A DNA stretch of 64,000 nucleotides from positions 3,232,001 to 3,296,000 of the forward strand of contig OY729428.2 in assembly GCA_963422375.2 (NCBI GenBank). Reading direction: 5' to 3'. The position numbers and the translations under genes were made by a program. Source of the stretch: Bryobacterales bacterium. Its GTDB lineage: Bacteria > Acidobacteriota > Terriglobia > Bryobacterales > UBA6623. A model generated the notes under the pieces. It searched no databases. It was not told where the DNA came from and saw only the letters and a list, made by a program, of their open reading frames with translations. Every line of letters begins with the position of its first letter. Positions within the stretch are counted from its first letter, which is position 1. Below, piece by piece: positions 44,389 to 55,347 of this stretch.

Positions 44389-47300
44389 TTAGAACGTCAC
44401 GCGCAGGCCCAACTGCATGAACCGGCCGTCGCGCGTGCCGGTGACCCAGCCGAAGTTCGTGCCGAGAACGTCGAGAAGGTGGTGTTGATGTTCTTGAACT
44501 GCGTGTGGTTGAACACGTTGTACATTTCTGCGCGCACCTCGACGTTCCACCGCTCCGTCGCGCTGAACGTCTTGGCCAGGTTGAGGTTCCAGTTGTTCAG
44601 CCCGGGGCCGCGCACCAAGCCGGGGCCGGCGTTGCCCTTCACGTCGATGCCGGGGTCGGCGAAAGCGCTGACGTCGAAGAAGCGATTCGGGCTGCGCTCG
44701 CCGCGCGGCAAGTTCGGGTCGCCGACGCGATTGGGCAGGTTCGGCTCGAAGTCGCGGGCCGATGTCTGGTCGTTGAAGACCGTCCAGGTGTTGCCCGACT
44801 CGAAGGTGGTGATCACGCTGGTGCGCCAGCCGTGCAGCAGCGCCTTCGGAATCGCCGGCAGGGCCTTGCCCCACTCCGGCTGCCACACCACGGCACTGAC
44901 GAAGCGGTGCGGATGCGAGTATTCCGCCTCGCCGCGCCCCAGATGGCGGTTGTAGTCCCACTGCAGCGCCGCGCCGACCGTGCGCCACAGCTCCAGGTAC
45001 TCCGCGGCGAACAGAACCGGATCCGTGACCGTCTTCGACCACGTGTAGTGCGTGGTGAATTGCAGGCCGTGGTTGAAGCGCCGCTCGAGCTTGATCGTGC
45101 CGGCGTTGTAGAACGAGTTGTTGCCGTGCCGGATGACGCGCATGTCGCGGAAGCGCCCGATCGAGTTCGGACGGAACTGGTCGACGAAGTCCGCATCGTC
45201 TGGCCAGCCGGTGCGGTACGGCGGTGCGTTCACCGCCTCGCGGTACGGCAGCTTCGTTCCGCGGGCGCCCTGGTAGGACAGCGACAGCACCATGTCCTGA
45301 CCGAGGCTCTTCTGGATGTCGATCATCCACCGCTGGTAGTACGGATCGACTTGGGACTGCTGGTCGATCAAGTGGCACTCGCCGGTGCAGCTGTACGGCA
45401 ACTCGTAGTAGCCCGTGCCCGTGCCCGTGCTCACCGGGAAGTTGCCCAGCACCAAGTCCCTGCTGGGATTGAAGATGTCCCCGAAGGTCAGCACCGGCTG
45501 GTCGTCGGGGACGCCCAGCGCTGAGTTGCTCACTGCCTGGCCTCCGGCCTCCGGCACGTTGCCCGTCGTCCGGGCGCGCAACTCGCTGATCCCGCCTTGG
45601 TAGAACAGCCCGTAGCTGGCGCGGACCACGAAGCCCGGCTGGATCCGGTACGAGACGCCGACCCGCGGCCCCAGGTTGTTCTTGTCCGACGAGAGCGCCT
45701 TGCGCGGCCAGCCGTCCGCGCGACCGGGAACCACTAGTTGCCACCCCGGATAGCTCTGGTCAAGGATCGCGCAGCAGTAGTCGCTCGGAGAGTAGGTCGG
45801 GATGATGGTGTCCCAGCGCAGGCCCAGGTTCAGGGTCAGCTTGGGAGAGACTTGCCACTTGTCGGCGATATAGGCGCCCCACACGTCGTTCCACGCCGTC
45901 CGCCAAGGCTCCTCGCCGCCGAAAGTGAACGGACTCCGGATGCTGCTGGGAAGGCCCAGCATCCAGGAGGCCATGCTGTCGCCGCCCAGCGAGGAATCGA
46001 TGCTGCCGGCCCTGGTGAACTGCTCGGTAAAGCCCACCGAGCGACCGCCAAGGCCAAGGACCCGCTCGCCCTTGCTGATGTAGCTGAAGCCGAACTTGAT
46101 GGAGTGGGCGCCCTTGAGCCAGCTGGCGTTGTTGCCGAACTGCAGCCCGGGGTTGTCGAAGATGGTCACCCCGCCGATGCCGTGGTCGCTATATCCGCTG
46201 CCGACATTGATGCTGTGAACGCCGAAGTCCGCGGCGCCAGGGGCGCCGATATTTCTGAAGTAGCGGTTGCGCGGGGAGTCGGGCTGCGCCAGCTTGTCCA
46301 GCGTCCCCTGGTCGACGCTCTTCAGCCCCGGCCGGGTCCAGCCGAACACGAAGTCGTTCGTCAGCGTGGGCGTGAACACGCGCGCGTAGCTCGCCGAGAT
46401 GACGTACGAGGAGTCCTCGACATTGCGATCCAGGTCCGGGAACAGTCCGCCGCGGTTATCGTCCAGGCCCAGCGATTCGGAGTAGGCGACGTAGACGTTG
46501 TCGTTGTCGGTGATGCGGTAGTCGAAGCGCGAGTCGATGCGCCAGTTATAGTTGGTCCGCTTGGAGATCACCCTGTGGTTGCGCAGGTCGTCCGGGTTGT
46601 TGGGGTTCGAGAAACCGTTGGACTGCGGGTAGATGTCGTTGATCTGCGCGAGCGCGTCCTGATTGATCATGCCGGTCGTGCGCAGGTCGTTGTTCACCAC
46701 CCGGTCCCTGATGCTATTGCCGTCCGCGTCGAAGCGGGTCGTGAACGGGTTGTACAGCAGCACGTTGGGATCGTTCGGGAAGCGGTTGACCAAGCCGCTG
46801 TAGTCGCCCTGCCGCTCCTCCGCCGTCGGCACGCGGAACAGGTTGCTGCCGCCGAACGAGCCGGAGTCCACGCTGCCGCTGTTGTTGTCGAAGCCCTCGT
46901 AGCCGACGAAGAAGAACGCCCGGTTGCGTCCGTTGAACACGCCCGGCAGCACGACAGGGCCGCCGATGTTGCCGCCGAACTGATTGCGCTGCAGCTTGTC
47001 CTTGCGCTGGCCCGGCTCCGACTCGGCCTTGGTGAACGGATCCCAGGCGTTCAGGGCCTCGTTCGAGAGGTACTCGAAGAAGCCACCGTGGAACTCGTTG
47101 GTGCCCGATTTGGTCACCACGTTGGTCGTCGAGATGTCGCGACCGCTGGCGGCCGAGAAGTTCGCCGTGTCGACCTTGACCTCAGTGACGTTCTCCATCG
47201 AAGGCGAATACTGCGTTCCGCCGAGCCACGAGTCGTTGATGTTGACGCCGTTCATGTACAGGCCGTTGTCGCCGCCGCCGCCGACCTGGATGGCGATGCC

Positions 47301-47855
47301 CCCGACGGTATGGTGCGAACCCACCGACCAGGTGGCGTTGGCCGCGCCCGAGCGCGGGAAGGAACTGACGTTCGGGGCCAGCGTCGAGAAGGCCAGGAAG
47401 TTGCGCCCCAGAGCGGGAAGCGCTTCGACGAGGGTCTCGTCCACGACCTGTCCCACCACCGTCTCCTCGGTCTGGATCAGCGGCGCCGCCGTGGTCACTT
47501 CCACGGTCTCGGTCACTTCGCCGACCTGCAGGGCCATGTCCACGCGAACGTTGTCGTTGGTCGAGATCACGATGAGGTCGGACACGCCGGTCTTGAAGCC
47601 CTCGCGCTCGACCTCGACTTGGTAGGTGCTGGCCACGATGTTGCGAAACGAGTACAGGCCTCCGTCGTTCGTCGTGCCGACGTAGGTCTGATTGCGGGCC
47701 ACGTCGGTCAGCGTGACCGAGGCGCCGACGAGAACCGCGCCCGTGCTGTCGGTCACGAGCCCGCTGATGGTGCCGCGCAGCAGGATCTGCGCCGCGCCGA
47801 GGGGAACCAATACCAAGGAAAAGATCGCCATTGCGGCGAATCTCCGAAAAGTCAT
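44389..47855 (-). CDS. Oar-like TonB-dependent receptor, with a 1-bp frameshift near 44475 before the last beta-strand
   Basis: GAGGAGG RBS before ATG 47855, signal peptide, GTISGLVTDSTGAV, TKSGTNEFHG, RNQFGGNIGGP, LNLGLRWD, RAEMYNVFNH. The canonical ending NFGWVTGTRDGRFMQLGLRVTF* lies in another frame. Confidence 0.88.
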
Positions 47856-47923
47856 GTCAGCACCTCCTCGGGCCGAGTCAAGGGCGAGGCCCCTAGATGT
47901 GAGGGACTCCCGTGGCGCCAAAT

Positions 47924-47953
47924 ACCTTAACCCGTGCGGATGGCCTCTGTCAA
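47924..47953 (-). promoter_or_regulatory. Candidate sigma70 promoter for the TBDR
   Basis: Minus strand TTGACA-18 nt-TAAGGT. Confidence 0.45.
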
Positions 47954-48015
47954 CTGCCATCTGGTGTCCGGCGCCCTACGGCGAGACAAGGCGGCCTGCC
48001 ACCAGCCGCGGCGCG

Positions 48016-48044
48016 TTGACACGCCTCGGGGGCGTTGGTAGGAT
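48016..48044 (+). promoter_or_regulatory. Candidate sigma70 promoter for PSD1/DUF1501
   Basis: TTGACA-17 nt-TAGGAT with an extended TG, about 28 nt before ATG 48072. Confidence 0.6.
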
Positions 48045-48071
48045 CGGCGCAGTTCGGCTGCGCGCCAGGCA

Positions 48072-50993
48072 ATGGCGGCAGGCCGCCCGCGCATGCGTCC
48101 GCTGGCCCCTCTATCTCTTGTCGTCGTGCTTCTGTCGGGCGCCGCCGCGGCTCGTGCAGGAAAGGCACCGACCTTCCAACAGGATATCCTGCCCATTTTC
48201 GAGGCCCATTGCTTGGCTTGCCACGGCGCGGAAGCGCCGCAGCAGGACCTCGACCTTCGCAACGTGGGGGCGATGCTCGAGGGCGGCGCGTCGGGGCCAG
48301 CCATCGAGGTCGGATCCTCGGCCGAGAGCCTGCTCGTTGCGCGCGTCGCCGCCGGCACCATGCCTCCCGGGGACGGCGCCTTGGCCGAGGGCGACATCGC
48401 ATTGATCCGGCAATGGATCGATGAGGGCGTCGCGCGCGAGGCGGACGAGCTCGGAATAGCGCTGGTCACCGAGCGCGACGCGCTGCCCATTTTCCAAGCC
48501 CGTTGCGTGGTGTGCCACGGCAACCGCGAGCAACGCGGCGGCTTGGACTTGCGGACGCAGGAGGCCCGGCTGGTCGGCGGCGACTCCGGGCCCGCGCTGG
48601 TGCCCGGCAAGCCCGACGAGAGCCTGATCATCCGCAGGGTCGAGGCTGGGGAGATGCCGCCGCCGGACATGCAGTACGACTACGCGGTGCGGAACCCTAC
48701 CGATGCGGAAGTGGCGACCCTCCGACGCTGGGTGGCGCTCGGCGCGCGGCCCGCGCCGGCCAGGGAACCGTCGCCGAAGGGTGCCTCTGCACGGCAGCAA
48801 GAGGGCAGCGACCACTGGGCATTCCGGCCTCCTGTGCGCCCGGCGGTTCCCGATGTCGCCCACCAGTCGCTCGTGGCGAATCCCATCGACGCCTTCTTGC
48901 TGCGGCGGCTGGAAGGCGAAGGTCTGGCCTACTCCGACGAGGCGGAGCCGCTGGCATTGCTGCGCCGGGCCTACCTCGACCTGACCGGCATGCCTCCCTT
49001 GCCGGAAGTGGTCGAGCGCTACCTCGACGACGATCCCGCGACCCGCTACGAGCGCCTCATCGACCGCTTGCTCGACGCGCCGGAATACGGCGAGCGGTGG
49101 GCCCGGCACTGGCTGGACGTGGCCGGCTACATCGACACGGAGGGCTACGGCGAGTACGCGCCGGAGCGCAAGAACGCCTGGCGCTACCGCGACTACGTCA
49201 TCCGGGCATTCAATCAGGACAAGCCGTTCGACGAATTTCTCACCGAGCAGGTCGCCGGCGACGAGCTGGCCCCGTGGAGGGACCGGGAGATGACGCCCGA
49301 CCTGGTCGAGCGCCTGGCGGCCACCGGCTTCCTGCGCACGGCTCCCGACCCGACCTGGGAGATCGAGTTCGCGTTCCTGGGCGAGCGCATGAACATCATC
49401 GCGGACGAGGTGCATATCCTCGGGTCCGGCGTGCTGGGCCTGACCGTCGGCTGCGCCCGCTGCCACGACCACAAGTACGACCCGATCTCGCAGCGCGACT
49501 ACTACGCCCTGGCGGCGATCCTGCAAGCGGCCTACGACCCCTACGAGTGGCTGCAGCCGAAGGATCGCGAGCTGGACATCGGCGTGGAGAGCGAGAAGCG
49601 GGAGATCGCGAAGGCCAACGCTCCCCTGCAAGAGAAGATCGAGCGCCTCGAGGCCGCGCTGGAGAAGGCCGCGGCTCCCTACCGCAAGCAGCTGCTCGAG
49701 GAACGCCTGGAGCGGCTGCCCAAGACGGTGCGCGCGGACTTGCGTGCGCTGGCCGACACGCCCGAGGAGGAGCGAACCGAGGTACAGCGCTACTTGGCGA
49801 AGCAGTTCAAGGGGACATTGGAGGTCTCCCTGTACGTGCTCGGCGAGAGCTTCGAGCCCTTCAAGCAGGCAGCCGAGGAACTCAAGGAGCAGATCGCGGA
49901 ACTCAAGGGCCAACTCGAGCCCGAGCCGGGGGTTCGCGCGCTCGTGGACTTGGAGGGCGAGCCGCCCATCAGTTACGTGCTGCTGCGCGGGGACGCGATG
50001 AGTCCGGGCTCTCCGGTGGAGCCGGGCGTGCCCGCGGCGGCGAGCGGCGGCATCGCCCCTTACGAGGTGCTTCCTCCCTGGCCCGACGCCGACAGCAGCG
50101 GGCGGCGCCTCGCCCTGGCGCGCTGGCTGACCCAGCCAGGGCATCCGCTGACGGCCCGCGTGATGGTGAACCGCATGTGGATGCGCCACTTCGGGCGGGG
50201 CCTGGTGTCCACGCCGGACAATTTCGGGCGCGAAGGCGAGCCGCCGTCGCATCCGGAACTGCTGGACTGGCTGGCTACCGAATTCGTGCGCAGCGGCTGG
50301 AGCGTCAAGCACATGCAGCGCCTGATGACTACCTCCACCGCGTACCGCCAGGCCTCGCGCAAGGGCGGGTCCGCCCCGGACGCAGATCCCGGCAATATCC
50401 TGCTCGCACGCATGCCGCTGCGGCGGATGGACGCCGAGCAGCTCCACGATTCCATGCTGCGCGCCGGGGGGCGGCTCGACCCGGCCCGGTACGGACCGCC
50501 CGAGCCGCTGGAGGTCAAGGACACCGGGGAGGCGCTCGCCGAAGGCTCGCCAAGCGGGTACCGCCGCAGCATCTACACGCTGCAGCGGCCGCGCACGCCG
50601 ATCACGCTGCTGGAAGCCTTCGACTTCCCGCAGATGACGCCGAATTGCATCGTGCGCGGCCAGTCCAACGTCCCCACCCAGGCGCTGCAGTTGATGAACA
50701 GCGAATGGGCCTGGGAGCTGGCGCGCCACATGGCCGGCCGGGTCATCGACGGCGCGGGCGCCGACGCGCGGGCGCAGCTCGACGCCGCCTACCTGCGCGC
50801 CCTGTCGCGCCTGCCGACGGAAGCCGAGGCGAGCGACTCCCTGGCGGTCTTGGACGAGCTGTCCGGCCACTGGTCGGAGCGGCTGCGCGGCGACGGGCGC
50901 GACGCGCCCGTCGCCCAGACCGCGCGCTGGCTGGCCCTCGCGAACCTGTCCCACACCCTGCTGAACTCCGCCGAGTTCGCGTTCATCGACTGA
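48072..50993 (+). CDS. PSD1-type protein with two N-terminal planctomycete cytochrome c domains
   Basis: CLACH, CVVCH, then YGERWARHWLDVAGY, CARCHDHKYDP, a coiled-coil insert and PSHPELLDWLA. Alternative start 48093. Confidence 0.92.
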   Translation: MAAGRPRMRPLAPLSLVVVLLSGAAAARAGKAPTFQQDILPIFEAHCLACHGAEAPQQDLDLRNVGAMLEGGASGPAIEVGSSAESLLVARVAAGTMPPGDGALAEGDIALIRQWIDEGVAREADELGIALVTERDALPIFQARCVVCHGNREQRGGLDLRTQEARLVGGDSGPALVPGKPDESLIIRRVEAGEMPPPDMQYDYAVRNPTDAEVATLRRWVALGARPAPAREPSPKGASARQQEGSDHWAFRPPVRPAVPDVAHQSLVANPIDAFLLRRLEGEGLAYSDEAEPLALLRRAYLDLTGMPPLPEVVERYLDDDPATRYERLIDRLLDAPEYGERWARHWLDVAGYIDTEGYGEYAPERKNAWRYRDYVIRAFNQDKPFDEFLTEQVAGDELAPWRDREMTPDLVERLAATGFLRTAPDPTWEIEFAFLGERMNIIADEVHILGSGVLGLTVGCARCHDHKYDPISQRDYYALAAILQAAYDPYEWLQPKDRELDIGVESEKREIAKANAPLQEKIERLEAALEKAAAPYRKQLLEERLERLPKTVRADLRALADTPEEERTEVQRYLAKQFKGTLEVSLYVLGESFEPFKQAAEELKEQIAELKGQLEPEPGVRALVDLEGEPPISYVLLRGDAMSPGSPVEPGVPAAASGGIAPYEVLPPWPDADSSGRRLALARWLTQPGHPLTARVMVNRMWMRHFGRGLVSTPDNFGREGEPPSHPELLDWLATEFVRSGWSVKHMQRLMTTSTAYRQASRKGGSAPDADPGNILLARMPLRRMDAEQLHDSMLRAGGRLDPARYGPPEPLEVKDTGEALAEGSPSGYRRSIYTLQRPRTPITLLEAFDFPQMTPNCIVRGQSNVPTQALQLMNSEWAWELARHMAGRVIDGAGADARAQLDAAYLRALSRLPTEAEASDSLAVLDELSGHWSERLRGDGRDAPVAQTARWLALANLSHTLLNSAEFAFID

Positions 50994-51002
50994 GGCCGGA
51001 CG

Positions 51003-52493
51003 ATGCCGCAGAGAACATCCCCTACCTACTCGCGGCCCGCAGGGGGTCGCTCGGCGCTCACGCGCCGCGACCTGTTCGCGCGCGTCAGCGACGGCCTGCA
51101 CGGGGCCGGCCTGGCCTACCTGCTGGGCGCCGACCTGCTGTCGCCCTCCGCGGCGCGCGCCGCCGGCGCGGAGTCGGCCGCCTTCGACCTGTCGCCGAAG
51201 CAGCCGCATTTCGCGCCCCGCGCCAAGGCGGTGATCCAGCTGTTCATGAACGGCGGTCCCAGCCAGGTCGACCTGTTCGATCCCAAGCCGGCGCTGGCCA
51301 AGTACGTCGGCAAGACGCCCAGCCGCGACCTCACCGCCGTGGCGGTCAGCCCGCAGCAGAACGCGGGCATCCTGCCGTCGCCGTACAACTTCGCCAAGCA
51401 CGGCCAGTCCGGACTCGACTTCTCCGAGCTGCTGCCGCACACCGCCCGGCACGCCGACGACATCGCGCTGATCCGCTCGCTGCGCACGGACACGCCCAAC
51501 CACGAGCCCGCGCTGAACATGATCCACACCGGCCGGCTGCTCGGCAGCCGCCCGACGATGGGCGCGTGGATCGCCTACGGCCTGGGCAGCGAGAACCGCA
51601 ACCTGCCGGCCTACGTGGTGCTGGACGATCCCAAGGGCCTGCCCATCAGCGGCATCCACAACTGGCGCGCGGGCTGGCTGCCGCCCGTTTGCCAGGGCAC
51701 GCGCTTCCGCTCCGAAGGCTCGCCCGTGCTGAATCTCGACCCGCGACCGGAGTGGCCGGGCGCGGTGCTGGAGATCGAGCGTCGCCTCCTGCGCCGGCTG
51801 GACCGGGCGCACCTCGAGCGACGCCCCGGCGAGCCGGATCTCGCCGCGCGCATCGCCAGCTACGAGCTGGCGGCGCGCATGCAGGTCGAGGCCAGCGACG
51901 CGCTGGACCTGGCGCAGGAAAGCGAGCAGACCAAGCAGGAATATGGCCTGGATCACGAGCCGACGCGTTCCTACGGCACGCGCTGCCTGATGGCGCGCCG
52001 CCTCGTCGAGCGCGGAGTGCGCTTCGTGCAGCTCTACATCGAGGAGCAAATCTGGGACGCCCACACGCAGCTGGACAAGAGCTTGCGCTACTCCTGCGAG
52101 AAGACCGACCGGCCCACGGCGGCCCTGCTGGCGGACCTCAAGCGGCGCGGCCTGCTCGACAGCACGCTGGTGGTCTGGGGCGGGGAGTTCGGACGGCTGC
52201 CTCTGGGGCAGGGCGACGCGACCGACACGACGCGGCTAGGCCGCGATCACGGCCCCAACGGCTTCTCGCTGTGGCTGGCCGGCGGCGGGGCGAAGGGCGG
52301 CACCGTCTACGGCGCGACCGACGAGCTGGGCAACCACGCCGTCGAGAACCCGGTCAGCGTGCATGACCTGCACGCCACCGTGCTGCACCTGCTGGGCATG
52401 AGCGCACGCGATCTGGTGTACCGTCGCCACGGCCTGGACGAGCGGCTCACGGACCAGTTTCCGGCCCGCGTGATCGAAGAGCTGATCGCGTAA
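51003..52493 (+). CDS. DUF1501 domain protein, Tat signal
   Basis: TRRDLF leader, [42 protein letters not shown]. Confidence 0.93.
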   Translation: MPQRTSPTYSRPAGGRSALTRRDLFARVSDGLHGAGLAYLLGADLLSPSAARAAGAESAAFDLSPKQPHFAPRAKAVIQLFMNGGPSQVDLFDPKPALAKYVGKTPSRDLTAVAVSPQQNAGILPSPYNFAKHGQSGLDFSELLPHTARHADDIALIRSLRTDTPNHEPALNMIHTGRLLGSRPTMGAWIAYGLGSENRNLPAYVVLDDPKGLPISGIHNWRAGWLPPVCQGTRFRSEGSPVLNLDPRPEWPGAVLEIERRLLRRLDRAHLERRPGEPDLAARIASYELAARMQVEASDALDLAQESEQTKQEYGLDHEPTRSYGTRCLMARRLVERGVRFVQLYIEEQIWDAHTQLDKSLRYSCEKTDRPTAALLADLKRRGLLDSTLVVWGGEFGRLPLGQGDATDTTRLGRDHGPNGFSLWLAGGGAKGGTVYGATDELGNHAVENPVSVHDLHATVLHLLGMSARDLVYRRHGLDERLTDQFPARVIEELIA

Positions 52494-52494
52494 C

Positions 52495-52520
52495 GCCGGG
52501 GCGCCTGGCGGCGCCCCGGC
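52495..52520. terminator. Hairpin between convergent genes
   Basis: Perfect 11-bp stem GCCGGGGCGCC-TGGC-GGCGCCCCGGC between stops at 52493 and 52533. Confidence 0.55.
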
Positions 52521-52532
52521 CGCAGTTCAAGT

Positions 52533-53804
52533 TCAGAAGTCGGTCTGGACGACGTAGACGACTTCGCCGTCGCGCTTCTCCATCCGGCCGCCGTTCTCCA
52601 GGATCGCGTCCTTGGCGACGGCGGCGATGCGCTCGACAATCTCGCTGATCGGCGTCCGCAGCTGCAGCTCGTCGCGCGAGATGTTCACGTACTCGTCGTT
52701 GAAGGGCTTCGTCCACGGCCGCCGCTGCCACGCGGCGATGTCTATGGTCAGCTGCGTCGCGGCGCTGCCCATGCCGCTGAGGCCGTTGCGCACGCCGATC
52801 AGGCCGCCGGCGGTGGCGGCCTGGTTGTCGCAGTCGTACCCCGCCGAGGTGGCGATGCCGACGGTGCGCATGTAGTCGCCCTCGCCGTAGAGCACGGCCA
52901 TGATGCCGACCAGCCCGTTCACCAGCGAGGAGACCACGCTGACCGGAGCTTCGAAGTCGCCCTTCTTGTAGGCGTAGTACTTGTCGTGGATCTTCTGGCG
53001 AGTGACGCGCCAGTCGTCGTTCTCGCCGTGCCAACGCACCACGTCGCGCAGGCCCTCGGCAAAGGGGCCCTCGTCGGGCACCGCGGCCGCGCCGATCTCC
53101 ACCAGCTTCTCCACGTCCTGCTCGAAGAACGCCGCGCTGATCATCGCGCCGTAGGCGACGGTCGGGTGGGTGCCCCAGTCGTCGTTGGTAATGCGCGCTC
53201 CCCACTCCGCCCGCTGGGCGGCCTGGGCGGTCATGCCGGGGTAGAACGCGCTCCAGATCTCGTTGACCAGCTGCGGGTCGATCTGGAACCAGTGGCGGTT
53301 GTTCTCCTTGCGGCCGGTGTCGGGGGCCACCATGCCCTTCTCCATCAGGTCGCGCGCCTCGCGGTTGGCGACCCAGATGAAGTGATTGATGTGGGTCTTC
53401 CACATTTCGGTGATCTCGGCGTACGTGATATCGAGTCCGTACTTCTCGACGGCGTGCAGGGTGACGAACTCGATGTCGGTGTCGTCGTCGCTGAAGGCGC
53501 CGCCCAGCGAGCCGAGGAGGACCGGAACGTGGCCGCGACGGTCCCTGGTGTTGATCATGAGGGCCGGATCGCCGTCGTAGTCGGCGGTGTACACGCGGTC
53601 CACGAGAACCGGGACGGGCTCCTCGACATACTTGTTCTCGAACGGGAAGCCCATGTAGTTGCCCAGCAGCTGGCCGATCCAGAAGCCGGACACCTTATCA
53701 ATCAACTCGTCGTGGCTGATGCTCCGCTCCTCCGCGCGCAGTCCGCCGGACAAGGCCGACACTGCCAGCGCCACGATGGCGATCCATGGCGTTGCTCGTC
53801 GCAT
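52533..53804 (-). CDS. Exported ADP-ribosylglycohydrolase-family protein
   Basis: G..IGQLLGNYMGFPFE, SDDDTDIE and GYDCDNQAATAGG metal-binding motifs, plus a Sec-type leader. Confidence 0.82.
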   Translation of the reverse strand: MRRATPWIAIVALAVSALSGGLRAEERSISHDELIDKVSGFWIGQLLGNYMGFPFENKYVEEPVPVLVDRVYTADYDGDPALMINTRDRRGHVPVLLGSLGGAFSDDDTDIEFVTLHAVEKYGLDITYAEITEMWKTHINHFIWVANREARDLMEKGMVAPDTGRKENNRHWFQIDPQLVNEIWSAFYPGMTAQAAQRAEWGARITNDDWGTHPTVAYGAMISAAFFEQDVEKLVEIGAAAVPDEGPFAEGLRDVVRWHGENDDWRVTRQKIHDKYYAYKKGDFEAPVSVVSSLVNGLVGIMAVLYGEGDYMRTVGIATSAGYDCDNQAATAGGLIGVRNGLSGMGSAATQLTIDIAAWQRRPWTKPFNDEYVNISRDELQLRTPISEIVERIAAVAKDAILENGGRMEKRDGEVVYVVQTDF

Positions 53805-54305
53805 TCGATTGCTCTCCTCTGCTGGGCGGCGCTCCCTTGCAGCTTGCCCGGCCGACCTGCCGGCCCGGCCATCCTGTTTGTCGCGAGATGCTACGGATTT
53901 GCGCCTTGACTTGGACTATCAATGTACCAATCGAGGTGTCGCTGCATCGCTGCCCCGTGCGACGCACTCGCCGGAGATCAGATGCCAGCGGAAAGGGTCG
54001 GCGGGACCCCCGGGGGCTTTCCGATGCGCAACCCGACCGGTTTCCGGCGGCTATATCCGCGGCGGCCCGGCGTGGCCGCAGCTGCCTTGGAGGAGCAGTG
54101 CGCGGCGACCGAAGCTGCGCCCGCGATTGGGGGGGCGGAGGGAGGGCTCGGCTGGGAGATGCGGATCGACGAGCCGCCGAGCGAGTGGATGCGCCGGCGC
54201 ACCCTGTAGGGGCTCGGTCCCAGACTCGCAGTGGTCGTGCTACGGCGCCTCGCGGGCTCGTGGCGCGGTGCCGCTCGCAGTGCTCTCGCCCGCGGCGACG
54301 GCCAG

Positions 54306-55313
54306 CTACGACTCGACGGCCGCCAGGCGGTCGAACAGGTCGTTGAAGACCGCGTCCCGGTTGAGGTTGTTCGCTGCCCGGATGTTGTGGCGGCCGGCGG
54401 CGCTGTCCCAGCGCATGTCGTCCGTCAGCACAGGACTCGGCACGATCTCCGACGGCACCCACGCGGGTTCGATCAGCCACGCGATCGCCGAGATGTCCCA
54501 GATCACTTTCGAGTACGGATATCCTCGCGGCTTCCCTTTCGTCCGCACGGCGAAGTATTGCAGGAACTGGCCGTAGAGATAGTCCCCGATGCGCGACCGG
54601 CCGCGCATGTGCTCGCCCAGTTCCGGCACCGTCGTCCGCAAGTGCTCGGACACGTTCTTGGTCGGGATCTGCACCAGGGGCACTCCGCTGTCGAACAGCA
54701 CCTGCGACGCTGGCACGTCCTGCATCAAGTTGAACTCGCGCGCCGAGGGCCAGTAGTGCGTGGTCCCGCCCAGCCACACCACCACGATCCTGCTCTTGAC
54801 CCTGGGCTCCATCAGGATCGCGGAGGACACGTTCACCGGGCAGCCGATCGTCAGCACGTACAGCGGCTCGTCGGAGGGCTGCAGCGCCTTCTCGATCAGA
54901 TCCTTGGCGGCTGGACTCTCGACCGGCTTGCCCTTGCCCTCCATGAAGCGGCTCGATCCGCGAAACGCCGGCCGCCTCGTCGCATCGGGCAGGAAGTCCA
55001 GCAGCCGCAGAATCTCCTCGTAGCTCTTCTCCATGCCGATGGCTGCGCTCGCCGAGCGGTCGTTGACGAACGGCGCGGCGTAGATCGCCTCGACTGCCAT
55101 CCGCTCCGGCGACAGCAGGCTGTAGGCGACGGCGTACTGGTCGTCGATCTCGTTGTAGGTGTCCGTGTCGAGCACGACTCGGACACGCCCCGGCCCTGGG
55201 ATCGCCAGCAGGCGGTCGAGATCGACCGCCTGGGCCTGGGCGGAGGCCGCTAGCGTTCCGGCCGCCGCGGCGCCGAGGAAATTGCGGCGCGAAGTCGTTC
55301 CTGCGTGGGGCAT
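54306..55313 (-). CDS. Nucleoside hydrolase (IU-NH family), Tat signal
   Basis: SRRNFL leader, VVLDTDTYNEIDDQYA, VVWLGG, EFNL.QD, IWD. Confidence 0.88.
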   Translation of the reverse strand: MPHAGTTSRRNFLGAAAAGTLAASAQAQAVDLDRLLAIPGPGRVRVVLDTDTYNEIDDQYAVAYSLLSPERMAVEAIYAAPFVNDRSASAAIGMEKSYEEILRLLDFLPDATRRPAFRGSSRFMEGKGKPVESPAAKDLIEKALQPSDEPLYVLTIGCPVNVSSAILMEPRVKSRIVVVWLGGTTHYWPSAREFNLMQDVPASQVLFDSGVPLVQIPTKNVSEHLRTTVPELGEHMRGRSRIGDYLYGQFLQYFAVRTKGKPRGYPYSKVIWDISAIAWLIEPAWVPSEIVPSPVLTDDMRWDSAAGRHNIRAANNLNRDAVFNDLFDRLAAVES

Positions 55314-55347
55314 GATGTCTGGGATCCTCCTTGGCCTCGGTCGCGGC

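Noticed and set aside
48111..52366. Very long alternative-frame ORFs (1317 aa minus, 1287 aa plus) and similar ones elsewhere (22497, 39588, 45738, 58580)
   Set aside because: Shadows of GC3-rich real genes, with Arg/Ala/Pro-rich or antisense composition and no motifs.
53922..54209. 95-aa ORF in the gap of the ARH locus, faintly DUF433-like (VGGTP...AAALEE)
   Set aside because: No clear RBS, weak similarity, and opposite strand to the locus.
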